Notes under the pieces: model-generated
Told to the model about the DNA's origin: nothing
The model's input: the letters and a program-made list of their open reading frames with translations, nothing else
The model's database searches: none
Shown: piece by piece, positions 1-11,414 of the stretch
Position numbering within the stretch: position 1 is the stretch's first letter
Layout: each line of letters starts with the position of its first letter
Program-made: the position numbers and the translations under genes
DNA from: Verrucomicrobiota bacterium
GTDB lineage: Bacteria; Verrucomicrobiota; Verrucomicrobiia; Limisphaerales; AAA164-E04
Assembly (NCBI GenBank): GCA_047947115.1
Contig: CP170459.1
Coordinates: 3,968,001 to 4,032,000, forward strand
Direction of reading: 5' to 3'
Length of the DNA stretch: 64,000 bases

Positions 1-133
1 ACGCAAGGCACGAGTAGGCCGCAACCCCAACAAACCTGAAAAAGACGTTCGGATTCCCCCGCGCGCCGTCGTGAAATTCAAGCCCGGCAAAGAAATGAAG
101 GAAGCTGTTATCAAGCTGACTCCGGAAGGTTAA
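1..133 (+). CDS. HU/IHF-family DNA-binding protein, C-terminal part (truncated by window edge)
   Basis: Frame from nt 2 reads RKARVGRNPNKPEKDVRIPPRAVVKFKPGKEMKEAV...* (stop 131-133); GRNP and F.PGK are HU/IHF motifs. Confidence 0.9.
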   Translation, partial: RKARVGRNPNKPEKDVRIPPRAVVKFKPGKEMKEAVIKLTPEG

Positions 134-261
134 TACCCAAAACAATCGATCAGTGGATCGGTTGCCCCAAAATCCGTAAAAGAATCATCTTCCGCTTGCC
201 TGCCAAAGCCGATAAAAAGGCGTGGCATCGCAAGCGGAAATTTTTTGTGCAAATGAAACAA

Positions 262-1503
262 ATGGACCGATTACCTGGATTTCGAGATTTTTTCCCCGAC
301 CCCGTTCCTCATCCCGATCTGGGAAGAATGGAAGAGCGCAATCATATTTTCAACACCTGGCGCCAGGTCACGCGTCGTTATGGCTTCAAGGAGTATGATG
401 GCCCGCCGCTGGAAACATTGGACCTTTACAAGGCCAAAAGCGGCGATGAAATAGTCCACCAACTGTATCACTTCACCGACAAAGGAAACCGAGAGGTTGC
501 GATGCGACCGGAGATGACTCCGACCCTCGCACGCATGATTGCCGCTCACCAGCGCGGTTACAAGAAGCCCATGAAGTGGTTTTCCATCCCGCAGTTGTTC
601 CGGTATGAGAGACAACAGAAAGGGCGTTTACGTGAACATTTTCAATTGAACGCCGATATCATCGGAGAATCTGATCCCTCGGCTGATGCGGAATTGATTG
701 CCTTGTTGATAGACGTTCTGCGCGCCCTTGGGATGACGCATGAAGACTTTGTCATTCGATTGAGCAGTCGCGATGCCTGGCAGGCTTTTTTCAAGGAGAG
801 GTGCCATGATGAAGCCAAGGCATACGAATTTTATCAGGCTGTCGACAAGCTGGAGCGGGAAACACCTGAAGCGAGCACTGAAAAATTATCCAAGATCGGC
901 ATTTCTTATGAGGAGGTGATGCAATTTATCCAGGCAGCTGAACCGACAGGGGATCTGCAAGCCATATTGGATCAAATGAAAGCACGTGGACTCGATGAAT
1001 ACATCAAAATTGACTACGGTGTGATTCGTGGATTGGCCTACTACACTGGTGTGGTGTTTGAAGCATTTGATCGGAAAGGGGAATTCCGCGCTATTGCCGG
1101 CGGTGGGCGATATGATCACCTGATTAAATTGATTTCGGGAGGAAAGGTGGATCAGCCTTCACTTGGGTTTGGTATGGGAGATGTGGTGCTCGCTGATATG
1201 TTGCGCGACAAGGGATTGTTCCCCAAAGCGACACCTGCTGTGGATCTTTATTTCCAGATCAGTGATGAGAGTCTTCGAGAGGAATCCATCACCCTCATCC
1301 AGAAACTGAGAGACATGGGAATTGCGGTTGAATGGCCGCTTGTGCAGGCCGGAGGCAATAAACAATTCAAAGCAGCACTGGAACTGGGGGCTGGTCATGT
1401 GGCGCTTCTGACAGAAGCGGGAACAGTGGAACTCAAAAATCTGGCAACAAGAGAAAACGAACAGCTCCCTGCTGATGCATTCTTAGAGCGATTTCGAGCA
1501 TGA
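262..1503 (+). CDS. hisS: Histidine--tRNA ligase
   Basis: PGFRDF, RPEMT, FRYERQQKGRLREHFQ, RGLAYYTG and GGGRYD motifs; start placed at ATG 262 rather than TTG 196. Confidence 0.95.
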   Translation: MDRLPGFRDFFPDPVPHPDLGRMEERNHIFNTWRQVTRRYGFKEYDGPPLETLDLYKAKSGDEIVHQLYHFTDKGNREVAMRPEMTPTLARMIAAHQRGYKKPMKWFSIPQLFRYERQQKGRLREHFQLNADIIGESDPSADAELIALLIDVLRALGMTHEDFVIRLSSRDAWQAFFKERCHDEAKAYEFYQAVDKLERETPEASTEKLSKIGISYEEVMQFIQAAEPTGDLQAILDQMKARGLDEYIKIDYGVIRGLAYYTGVVFEAFDRKGEFRAIAGGGRYDHLIKLISGGKVDQPSLGFGMGDVVLADMLRDKGLFPKATPAVDLYFQISDESLREESITLIQKLRDMGIAVEWPLVQAGGNKQFKAALELGAGHVALLTEAGTVELKNLATRENEQLPADAFLERFRA

Positions 1504-1569
1504 AAACAGGCCATTTTGCGCCAGAACCACTGAGGATTTCCTGTGAATGGATTTTTGGATAAGTATCTC

Positions 1570-1597
1570 TTGACGGTGCGCCACCAGTGATTAATCT
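1570..1597 (+). promoter_or_regulatory. Putative sigma-70 promoter of cspA
   Basis: TTGACG-16 nt-TAATCT about 125 nt upstream of the start codon, consistent with the long 5' UTR of csp genes. Confidence 0.4.
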
Positions 1598-1722
1598 CCC
1601 AGAAATCCTAAACATGTAATGTTACATGATCGCAACACTACGGTAGTGCGAGCGGGCTTGGGTTGTGTGTATTCAGGACAGATTTAAAATAGTTAACAGT
1701 TTAATTTTCAGGAGATCATTAT

Positions 1723-1935
1723 ATGGCGAGCGGACGAGTAAAGTGGTTTGACAACAAAAAAGGATTCGGATTTATCGTGCAGGATGAATCAGGAGAGGAC
1801 GTATTCGTGCACCATACAGCAATCAGTGGTGATGGATTCAAAACACTGAACGAAGGTGAAGTCGTCAACTTCGAACTCATTCAAGGCGACAAAGGTCTCA
1901 AGGCTCAAAATGTCCAACGTGGACTGATGATGTAA
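1723..1935 (+). CDS. cspA: Cold-shock protein
   Basis: GRVKWF, KGFGFI (RNP1), DVFVH (RNP2); 70 aa. Confidence 0.95.
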   Translation: MASGRVKWFDNKKGFGFIVQDESGEDVFVHHTAISGDGFKTLNEGEVVNFELIQGDKGLKAQNVQRGLMM

Positions 1936-1967
1936 ATCATTCCCAGAGAGCCCTATTTCTAGCCGCA

Positions 1968-3179
1968 TTGAGGGCCTCCGACGAAAAACTAATTCAGGTA
2001 ACCGAACAGGATCTTTCCTCTCCTGTTCGGTCGCTTTACGTACACGTTCCTTTTTGCTCACATAAATGCGAATATTGCGCCTTCTATTCGGAACTCCTCC
2101 AACCGGATCGGATCAAACGTTACGTGGACGCACTCTGTGTTGAGCTTCGTCAGATTCACCAGCGCCTTCAGCCGCGGACTATTTTCTTTGGAGGAGGGAC
2201 ACCTTCCATTCTAACCCTTGCCCAGTGGGAACAGATCTGTTCCACCATCCATTCCTTTGGTTGGAATGAGATCAAGGAATGGACCGTTGAATGCAATCCA
2301 GCGACCGTTTCTTTTGAAAAAGCGAAGTTGCTGCGCGACGCCGGGGTGAACCGTATTTCCATGGGAGTGCAATCACTGGATTCAAACCTGCTGGATCGAC
2401 TGGGGCGTATTCATTCCAGAGATCAAGTGTTTCGTTCCTATGAAATTCTCCGCAAGGCCGGTTTTGGCAACATCAATTTGGATTTGATGTTTGCCATCCC
2501 TTCACAGTCGATTGGCATGTGGAAAGCGACCCTGGACGAAATCTTTGCAATGGAATCCGATCATGTTTCCTGTTACGAAGTCATTTATGAAGAAGATACC
2601 GCCCTGTTCCATCAACTTCAGGCAGGGGAATTTGATGTGGACGAAGATCTGGCGGATGAAATGTACCAACTACTGGTAAAGAGAGCCGACGATGCCGGAT
2701 TTGAGCAATACGAAATTGCCAATTTTGCGAAGCGACAAAAAGAAGATATCCATGCCGCATACCCCAACAGGGCAGCGCTTCACAATATCAACTATTGGGA
2801 AGGCGGGGATTACTATGGAGCGGGGCCGGCAGCGACGGAATTTATCGGTAACACCCGCAGGAAACACTGGTCGAATACTCAATTATATTCTGATCAGGTT
2901 GAGAAAGGGCTTCGGGGAATGGAAAGCGAAGAGCGTTTGAGTCATGAAGCCAAATGGGGTGAAGCGGCCGCCTTCGCCTTGAGGATGAACACGGGAATAG
3001 TTTTCTCCAGATTTCATGAGCAATTTGGATTCAATCCTCTTGAAAAATGGCGCACGGAAATGGAAACGATTCAGCAGCAAGGTTGGGGGGTGCTGAGTGA
3101 CAACTCTTTTCGGCTGACAGACAAAGGGCTACGGTTTGCGGATAATGCCGGATCGGAATTTGTTTATATCAACGGGTGA
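1968..3179 (+). CDS. hemW: Radical SAM heme chaperone HemW / HemN-like
   Basis: YVHVPFCSHKCEYCAF (CxxxCxxC), FFGGGTPS, YEIANF, HNINYW. Confidence 0.9.
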   Translation: MRASDEKLIQVTEQDLSSPVRSLYVHVPFCSHKCEYCAFYSELLQPDRIKRYVDALCVELRQIHQRLQPRTIFFGGGTPSILTLAQWEQICSTIHSFGWNEIKEWTVECNPATVSFEKAKLLRDAGVNRISMGVQSLDSNLLDRLGRIHSRDQVFRSYEILRKAGFGNINLDLMFAIPSQSIGMWKATLDEIFAMESDHVSCYEVIYEEDTALFHQLQAGEFDVDEDLADEMYQLLVKRADDAGFEQYEIANFAKRQKEDIHAAYPNRAALHNINYWEGGDYYGAGPAATEFIGNTRRKHWSNTQLYSDQVEKGLRGMESEERLSHEAKWGEAAAFALRMNTGIVFSRFHEQFGFNPLEKWRTEMETIQQQGWGVLSDNSFRLTDKGLRFADNAGSEFVYING

Positions 3180-3407
3180 TGCTGGCATGACACTTGTTAG
3201 GAGATGAGATCATTTTACATTGATCGGTCTCGAATTGAGACATTGCGTCATGGAGATCTCTTGAGCGTGACTCATGTGTGTCATTTTGACGCTTTCAGAT
3301 CTCGGCGCCAAAGCAGAGCAGATGGCGATCATGACAAAAATGTAACTTGAAATTGAATCCTGTATTCGTGAGAGAATCAGTAACAATTCTCATTTGAAGA
3401 AAAAGGC

Positions 3408-4373
3408 ATGATTAAAGTAAGTAATCTTGTAAAGACCTTTGGTCCAAAAGTCGCGGTGAATCGCATCTCGTTCGAAGTCGAGCGGGGCGAGGTCCTCGGA
3501 TTTCTGGGGCCCAATGGCGCGGGTAAATCGACTACCATGCGCATGATCACCGGTTTCATCCCCCTTACTGAAGGGAATATCACCGTTGGGGGACACAGCA
3601 TCGTCGACAATCCTATTCCAGCTAAGCGCTTGATCGGCTATTTGCCGGAAAACGCGCCTGCTTATCCGGACATGACTGTCCGGGGTTTTCTGAGCTTCGC
3701 AGCGGAGATTCGAGGTTTGCGTGGCGCGGAGAAAAACAAGGCCATTGATCGAGTGGTTGAGCTATGTTTCCTGGAATCGGTGGTGCATCAAAGTGTGGAT
3801 ACCTTGTCAAAGGGATATCGCCACCGCACCTGCTTTGCCCAATCCATCATCCATGATCCCGACATCCTGATCCTGGACGAACCGACCGACGGGCTGGATC
3901 CCAATCAAAAGCATGAAGTGCGCGGCATCATCAAGCGTATGGGTGAGAAGAAGGCCATCATCTTTTCCACACACATTCTGGAGGAAGTGGAAGCAGTCTG
4001 TTCGCGCGCGATCATCATTGACCGAGGCAAAATTGTCGCCAACGGCACACCGGCCGAACTGAAAGGACGATCCAAATCAGCTGGCAGGGTGCGATTGAAA
4101 CTTGGGGGACTTTCCGGTTCGGTCGCCAGGGAAAAATTAACCCAGTTGTCTTCCGTTGAACATGTCACGTTGCTCAACGACGACGCAACAGCCGCTACAC
4201 TCGATGTGTCATCCAAATCGCCAAATGGTTCGCTGAATGCACAGATCGCGGATCTCGCACACCAGGAACAATGGCGGATCATCGAACTTTATACTCAGGA
4301 AGGGAAACTGGATGAAGTGTTCCGCACCATCACACTGCCTGACACCAAGATTAAAGAAGGGAGCGCAGCATGA
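3408..4373 (+). CDS. ABC transporter ATP-binding protein (GldA-like)
   Basis: Walker A GPNGAGKST, LSKG signature, Walker B ILDEPT. Confidence 0.9.
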   Translation: MIKVSNLVKTFGPKVAVNRISFEVERGEVLGFLGPNGAGKSTTMRMITGFIPLTEGNITVGGHSIVDNPIPAKRLIGYLPENAPAYPDMTVRGFLSFAAEIRGLRGAEKNKAIDRVVELCFLESVVHQSVDTLSKGYRHRTCFAQSIIHDPDILILDEPTDGLDPNQKHEVRGIIKRMGEKKAIIFSTHILEEVEAVCSRAIIIDRGKIVANGTPAELKGRSKSAGRVRLKLGGLSGSVAREKLTQLSSVEHVTLLNDDATAATLDVSSKSPNGSLNAQIADLAHQEQWRIIELYTQEGKLDEVFRTITLPDTKIKEGSAA

Positions 4374-5122
4374 ACAATACATGGTCAAATATACAAACCG
4401 TCTGTAAACGAGAATTAACCGGATACTTCGCCTCGCCGGTTGCTTACGTTTTCATCGTGATCTTTTTGGTGCTGATAGGCTTCTTTACTTTCAGCGCCCA
4501 ATTGGGGCAATTGTTCGAACGGCAAGAAGCCTCCTTGGCCGCATTCTTCACCTGGCATCCCTGGATCTATTTGTTCCTGGTGCCGGCCGTGGGAATGCGT
4601 CTCTGGTCGGAAGAACGCCGTCAGGGAACTCTGGAACTTTTATTCACCATGCCGGTGACTCCCTGGCAGGCCATCCTGGGAAAATTCCTGGCCTCCTGGG
4701 CATTTTTGATTCTGGCCTTGTTACTGACCTTTCCGATTATTTTTACGGTCAGCTACCTGGGTTCCCCGGATATCGGCCCCATCATCTGTGGATACGTCGG
4801 CAGCATTTTCCTGGCAGGAGGGTATCTTGCCGTCAGCAGCATGACTTCAGCGATCACTCGCAATCAGGTCATCAGCTTCATCCTGTCAGTGGTCATCTGC
4901 TTATTCCTGATTCTGGCAGGTTATCCACCGGTCACGGACATGCTGATTCAGTGGGCACCTTCATGGCTGGTGGATACGATTTCCGCATTCAGTGTCATGA
5001 CTCACTTCTTCAGTTTTCAACGAGGCGTGCTCGATTCCCGGGATGTGATCTTTTTCCTGTCCCTGATCGGGTTTTGTCTTTTCACCACCAGTGTAATCCT
5101 GCGCAGTTTGCGCACCAATTAA
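4370..5122 (+). CDS. ABC-2 permease (GldF-like)
   Basis: KREL.GYF.SP.AY and MRLWSEERRQGTLELL motifs; about six hydrophobic segments. Confidence 0.85.
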   Translation: MNNTWSNIQTVCKRELTGYFASPVAYVFIVIFLVLIGFFTFSAQLGQLFERQEASLAAFFTWHPWIYLFLVPAVGMRLWSEERRQGTLELLFTMPVTPWQAILGKFLASWAFLILALLLTFPIIFTVSYLGSPDIGPIICGYVGSIFLAGGYLAVSSMTSAITRNQVISFILSVVICLFLILAGYPPVTDMLIQWAPSWLVDTISAFSVMTHFFSFQRGVLDSRDVIFFLSLIGFCLFTTSVILRSLRTN

Positions 5123-5141
5123 TGGAAAGGAACCATCGATT

Positions 5142-7076
5142 ATGAACAAAAAACAAACCGATCTCTTCCTTTACTCTTCCGTCGGCATCATCGTCATGTT
5201 GGTGATGGTGGTATTGATCAATATCATTTCCGGGCACGTCAAAACACGTCTGGATCTCACCGCGGAAAGACTCTACACATTGTCCGAGGGAACCAAGCAG
5301 ATCCTTGGAGAACTGGACACGGATGTTGAAATCAACTTCTATGCCACACGGGATGACAAGTTGATGCCCGTTCAATTCAAGAACTACATCAGTCACATCG
5401 AAGATTTGCTTGATGAGTATTCCCAGTATTCAAACGGTCATCTCAAGATCACCAAGTTCAATCCCGAACCGGATTCGGATGCGGCAGACCGGGCCGCCAT
5501 GGATGGTGTCACCGGACAAATGATCAGTCTGGGCGAATCCATCTATCTTGGCCTCGCCATTAAGATGCTCGACAAAAACGTGTCGATTCCATTCCTTGAT
5601 CCCAGCAGGGAAAAACTTCTTGAGTATGATCTGACCCGTGCCATCACCCAGGTGACCACCGATGACAAGCCCGTTCTCGGCGTCATGAGCGCCTTGCCGG
5701 TGTTTGGGGCGGCACCCAATCCGATGATGATGCAGATGGGACAAATGCAGCAGCAACCGCCCTGGTTCCTCATCAGCCAGTTGCAGCAGGACTTCGAAGT
5801 CCGCGAATTGGAATTGACTGCTGACAAGATTGATTCGGATTTGGATCTGTTGGTGGTGATTCATCCAAAAGACATCACCGACGCCACTCAATACGCCATT
5901 GATCAGTACTTGATGGGCGGTGGTAAAGTGATTGCTTTCCTGGACCCGCTGGCCATTGTTGACCAAACCCCGAGCCCAAACGGAAACAACATGCTTGGGC
6001 CGCCTCCATCTTCATCGAACATGGAAACCCTGCTCTCTGCATGGGGTTACACGTTTGACACCGGTAAGATTGCCGCCGATCGACAGTTTGCTCGCGAGGT
6101 GTCTTTCCAAAGAGGCGCGCCGCCTCAAATGCAGCCAGGCATCCTGTTCCTGGATGCCAATGGCATCAACACGGACGATGTGGTGACGAGTCAGATCGAT
6201 CAGCTCCTCATTCCATTCGCTGGAACCTTATCAGGCACTCCTGCAGAGGGATTGGAGCAAACGGTTTTGCTGCACACTTCGGAAGAATCTCAGATGGTGG
6301 ATGCCTTTATGGCACGATTGTCCGGGGAACAGATCCTGAAGGAATTCAAAGCCGAAGGTAAAAAGTTGCCGCTTGCGATTCGCTTGGCCGGTCAATTCAA
6401 AACGGCCTTTCCAAATGGAAAACCGGGCGCCGAAGCCACCGCCGAAGATGATCTCGACAAGGAAGACGATGCAGCCACTCCCGAAGGCGAGCAACTGAAG
6501 GACTCCGCCGATGGCGCCACAGTGGTTTTGTTCACCGACGCCGATTTCATCTATGACAACTTCGGGGTCAGTGTCCAAAACTTCCTCGGAGCACGGATGG
6601 CTCAGTTGCTGAACGGAAACTTCCCGTTGGCACAGGGAACCGTCGAGCAGATGGCCGGAGATGCACGCCTGATTTCGGTGCGCGGTCGTGCGACGATGAA
6701 CCGACCGTTCACCCGTATCCGCGATATGGAGATTGAAGCGGCCAAGGCGTATCAGGCTCGTATCAACGATCTGGAAGAACAGAAACGCGAGGCGGAACAG
6801 AAGATCAATGATCTCCAGCGCAGTCGTCAGGATGGACAGGCTCAGAGCCAGCGCTTCGTGCTGACTCCGGAACAACAAACCGAACTGGAGAAGCTGCGTG
6901 AGACCAACAAGCAGGTAACGAAGGATCTCAAGGACATGCGCCGCAATTTGCGCAAGGACATTGACTCGCTCCAGACCCGTTTGAAATGGATCAACATTGC
7001 CGGCATGCCCTTCCTGGTAACAGTCGGGGGCATCTTTATCGCACTTATTAAACGTAAACGAACCGCAGCACGATGA
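5142..7076 (+). CDS. ABC transporter auxiliary component (GldG-like)
   Basis: N-terminal TM, RLDLT...YTLSEGT, LEYDLT, DQYLMGGG, coiled coil and C-terminal TM. Confidence 0.85.
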   Translation: MNKKQTDLFLYSSVGIIVMLVMVVLINIISGHVKTRLDLTAERLYTLSEGTKQILGELDTDVEINFYATRDDKLMPVQFKNYISHIEDLLDEYSQYSNGHLKITKFNPEPDSDAADRAAMDGVTGQMISLGESIYLGLAIKMLDKNVSIPFLDPSREKLLEYDLTRAITQVTTDDKPVLGVMSALPVFGAAPNPMMMQMGQMQQQPPWFLISQLQQDFEVRELELTADKIDSDLDLLVVIHPKDITDATQYAIDQYLMGGGKVIAFLDPLAIVDQTPSPNGNNMLGPPPSSSNMETLLSAWGYTFDTGKIAADRQFAREVSFQRGAPPQMQPGILFLDANGINTDDVVTSQIDQLLIPFAGTLSGTPAEGLEQTVLLHTSEESQMVDAFMARLSGEQILKEFKAEGKKLPLAIRLAGQFKTAFPNGKPGAEATAEDDLDKEDDAATPEGEQLKDSADGATVVLFTDADFIYDNFGVSVQNFLGARMAQLLNGNFPLAQGTVEQMAGDARLISVRGRATMNRPFTRIRDMEIEAAKAYQARINDLEEQKREAEQKINDLQRSRQDGQAQSQRFVLTPEQQTELEKLRETNKQVTKDLKDMRRNLRKDIDSLQTRLKWINIAGMPFLVTVGGIFIALIKRKRTAAR

Positions 7077-8305
7077 ATTCAAAACAACTCAAATTACTCA
7101 TCATTATATTTGTTTGTATCGGGGCGATCGGAGCACTGCTGGTCGTCCAGAACAATCAATCCTGGGATCAGGGTGAACAATCCATCGGAGGCAAAGTCAT
7201 GCCTGATTTTCCGATGAATGATGTCGTCAAGGTATCCGTGGAAAACAAAGACGGAACGGTCACTCTCAGCAAGGTGGAAGACACTTGGCGAGTGGCCGAC
7301 CGGGGAAATTATGCCGCTGATTTCGCCAAGATCAGAGAGCTGTTGTTGTCAGTTGCAGACGTGAAAGTGTTGCGTCCAATGCAGGTAGGAGAAAGTCAAC
7401 TCGGTCGGTTGGAACTGTTGACACTCGATAAAGGCGACAAATCCGGGACCCTGCTCTCATTTTTTGGGGAGAATGACAAAGTGTTGGGAACCTTGCTGCT
7501 CGGAAAGCAGTCCATGAGAAAATCAGAATCCTCCAGTTTTGGTGGAGGGGAATTTCCTGACGGTCGATACCTGATGGCTGATGGAGACCCTACGCGCATC
7601 GCTCAAGTATCCGAAACATTCGGCAGTGTCGAGGTGGAACCGAAGAACTGGTTGGACAAAGCCTTCTTTAAGGTTGAAAAACTCAAATCGGCCCAGGTGG
7701 AACATCCTGACCCATTGAACAGCTGGACTGTCAGTCGCGAGACTGAAACCGGTGACATGGTGCTGGCAGGATTGGAAGACAACCAGGAACTGGATTCAAG
7801 CCGAAGCTACAGCTTGAAAAACATTCTTTCTTCTCCAAGCTTCAATGACGTTGCTGGTCCGGATGCCACGGATGAGGATCTTGGTTTGGATACTCCTATC
7901 AAGGCTTCGCTGGAGACATTTGACGGATTCAAATACGGTATCCAGATTGGCAAAGCCAATGCGGAAGATGAATACCCGGTGCGTCTTCAGGTCAGTGCGG
8001 ATATTCCGACGGAACGTACGCCAGGAGAGGATGAAAAAGAAGAGGACAAGAGCAATCTGGACAAGGAATTCGCCGAAAAAGTCACAACCCGACAGGAAAA
8101 GCTGGCCAAGGAACAAAAGTTTCAGGGGCACACTTTCTGGGTTTCAAAATGGACGGTGGACACCTTGTTGAAACCTCGTTCTGATTATATCAAGAAAGAG
8201 GAGGAAGAAGCAGATGCCGCGGGAGCAGGAGGGGCTGCGAATTCCATTTTACCAGGAGCAGGTCTGGATGCTTTGACAAATCCGTTGAATCTGGATCCTC
8301 AATAG
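7073..8305 (+). CDS. DUF4340-type exported or membrane-anchored protein
   Basis: Single N-terminal TM; position at the end of a gldA/F/G-like operon; W.V....Y.AD motif. Confidence 0.7.
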   Translation: MNSKQLKLLIIIFVCIGAIGALLVVQNNQSWDQGEQSIGGKVMPDFPMNDVVKVSVENKDGTVTLSKVEDTWRVADRGNYAADFAKIRELLLSVADVKVLRPMQVGESQLGRLELLTLDKGDKSGTLLSFFGENDKVLGTLLLGKQSMRKSESSSFGGGEFPDGRYLMADGDPTRIAQVSETFGSVEVEPKNWLDKAFFKVEKLKSAQVEHPDPLNSWTVSRETETGDMVLAGLEDNQELDSSRSYSLKNILSSPSFNDVAGPDATDEDLGLDTPIKASLETFDGFKYGIQIGKANAEDEYPVRLQVSADIPTERTPGEDEKEEDKSNLDKEFAEKVTTRQEKLAKEQKFQGHTFWVSKWTVDTLLKPRSDYIKKEEEEADAAGAGGAANSILPGAGLDALTNPLNLDPQ

Positions 8306-8358
8306 TCAATGTTCACTCATTGACTTTTGATTAAACCCTCTTTAAGTTTCCATTTTGA

Positions 8359-9681
<1,323 letters not shown>

Positions 9682-9718
9682 CAAGTGACCTGATCTCGCA
9701 GGATCGAGCCATCCAAAT

Positions 9719-10456
9719 ATGAGTGACCCGTTGGAACAACTCAGTCAGCAGGCAAGGGATGCCATGCCAAGGCATGTGGCCATCATTATGGATGGCAATG
9801 GTCGCTGGGCAAAACAACGGCGTTTTCCACGTACGATTGGACATCGGCGTGGATTGGAATCATTGCGAGAGGTGGTGCGTACTGCCAGTAAGCTGGGAAT
9901 TGAATACCTGACCTTGTTCACGTTTTCAGCGGAAAACTGGAATCGTCCCAAATCAGAAGTCGATACCATCATGCGGTACCTGGCCCGGTTTCTGCGAACG
10001 GAAATCCCGGAATTCAACAGTTACAATGTGCAGCTCGATGCCATCGGGCAAATTGATCGACTGCCTGAAAAGGTTCAAAATCAACTGGCCAAAACCAAGG
10101 AGACTCTGTCAGGAAACGATGGGCTCACCATGGTGCTCGCTTTGAGTTATGGTTCAAGGCAGGAAATCTTGGATGCGACCCGATCCATCGCTGCAAAGGT
10201 GAAATCGGGGGAGTTGAACCCTGATGACATTGACGAAGCGGTTATTGCGAACAACCTTTACACCAAGGATATACCTGACCCTGATCTGTTGATCCGGACC
10301 AGCGGTGAAATGCGTATCAGCAATTTCCTGTTGTGGCAGATATCCTATGCCGAACTGGTTGTCACCGATACGCTCTGGCCGGATTTCCGATCTCCACAGT
10401 TGTTTGCAGCCCTCGAGGATTATGCCAAACGTCATCGTCGTTTTGGAAAAGTGTGA
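9719..10456 (+). CDS. uppS: Undecaprenyl diphosphate synthase
   Basis: HVAIIMDGNGRWA, FSAENWNRP, RTSGEMRISNFLLWQ. Confidence 0.96.
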   Translation: MSDPLEQLSQQARDAMPRHVAIIMDGNGRWAKQRRFPRTIGHRRGLESLREVVRTASKLGIEYLTLFTFSAENWNRPKSEVDTIMRYLARFLRTEIPEFNSYNVQLDAIGQIDRLPEKVQNQLAKTKETLSGNDGLTMVLALSYGSRQEILDATRSIAAKVKSGELNPDDIDEAVIANNLYTKDIPDPDLLIRTSGEMRISNFLLWQISYAELVVTDTLWPDFRSPQLFAALEDYAKRHRRFGKV

Positions 10457-10473
10457 AATCACCCCGGCCATGC

Positions 10474-11388
10474 ATGACTGACTCTTCTTCCAGTTCCCCA
10501 AAAGCATCTTCAAAAGGACGAACCTTTATTCATCGCTTGTTTAGTACGGTGGTGCTGTGGGCCGTTGTTTTGGGCGCGCTCTTTGCGGGGAGTCCCCTTG
10601 TTTCACTTTTAACTGTCTGGATCGTGTTGAGCGCATTGAGCGCTGCAGCATTTCATGAGTTTGTGAAGATGTTCCGGATTGAGAAGTTGGGTTTTGGCAA
10701 AGCTTACCTCCACACCGCCGGTTTGGTCTACCTGGCTGCAACGCTTTTTTCAGACCGTCTCAGGGTTCCAGATGCCCTGCAGGAAGCCATGCCGCATTTG
10801 CTGTTGGGATTGATTGTGTTTGGATGTTTGTATCTGTTTTTTCATTATCGATATGAATTGCCTCGATTGCTGCCGTTAGGACAGTTGGTTTTTGGTTGGT
10901 TTTATGTCTATTTTCTAGCGGGTTATCTGGTTAGGATTTACAACTTTGAGAGAGATAAAGGGGCCTGGATTTTGATACTGTTCATCGTCTTGACCAAGTT
11001 CAGCGATCTTGGGGCATATGTAACCGGCTCTTTGATTGGAAAGCATAAAATGATTCCAAGGGTTAGTCCCGCCAAGACTTGGGAAGGGTTTTGTGGAGGC
11101 ATTTTGTTTTCAGCTGCTTTCGGGTGGATCGTAGTGAAGCTTTCCGGAGATCATTTGGCAGGTTTTCCGATTTACCACATCCTTCTGCTGGGGGTGGTGT
11201 TGGGCACCTTTGCCGTGGTGGGGGATCTGGTGGAGTCCCTCCTTAAACGAGAAGCGGATGTGAAGGATTCCGGTCAGTTTCTGCCCGGAATCGGTGGGGC
11301 ACTGGATCTGATTGATAGTCTTTTATTCAATGCACCGATCATGTATGCTTACCTTTGTCTGCTTCATGTGTCGCCGGGCACTGTATAA
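10474..11388 (+). CDS. cdsA: Phosphatidate cytidylyltransferase
   Basis: SD.GAY, SPAKTWEG, GDL.ES..KR...KDSG..LPG.GG.LD; start placed at ATG 10474. Confidence 0.92.
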   Translation: MTDSSSSSPKASSKGRTFIHRLFSTVVLWAVVLGALFAGSPLVSLLTVWIVLSALSAAAFHEFVKMFRIEKLGFGKAYLHTAGLVYLAATLFSDRLRVPDALQEAMPHLLLGLIVFGCLYLFFHYRYELPRLLPLGQLVFGWFYVYFLAGYLVRIYNFERDKGAWILILFIVLTKFSDLGAYVTGSLIGKHKMIPRVSPAKTWEGFCGGILFSAAFGWIVVKLSGDHLAGFPIYHILLLGVVLGTFAVVGDLVESLLKREADVKDSGQFLPGIGGALDLIDSLLFNAPIMYAYLCLLHVSPGTV

Positions 11389-11414
11389 TCGAAGGGAAGG
11401 ATGATTCGAATGGC

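Noticed and set aside
3182..3345. Sigma-54-like TGGCATGACACTTGT and TGTCA/TGACA half-sites upstream of the ABC operon (similar at 13968-13981)
   Set aside because: The -12 element is GT rather than GC and half-site spacing is inconsistent; not distinguishable from chance.
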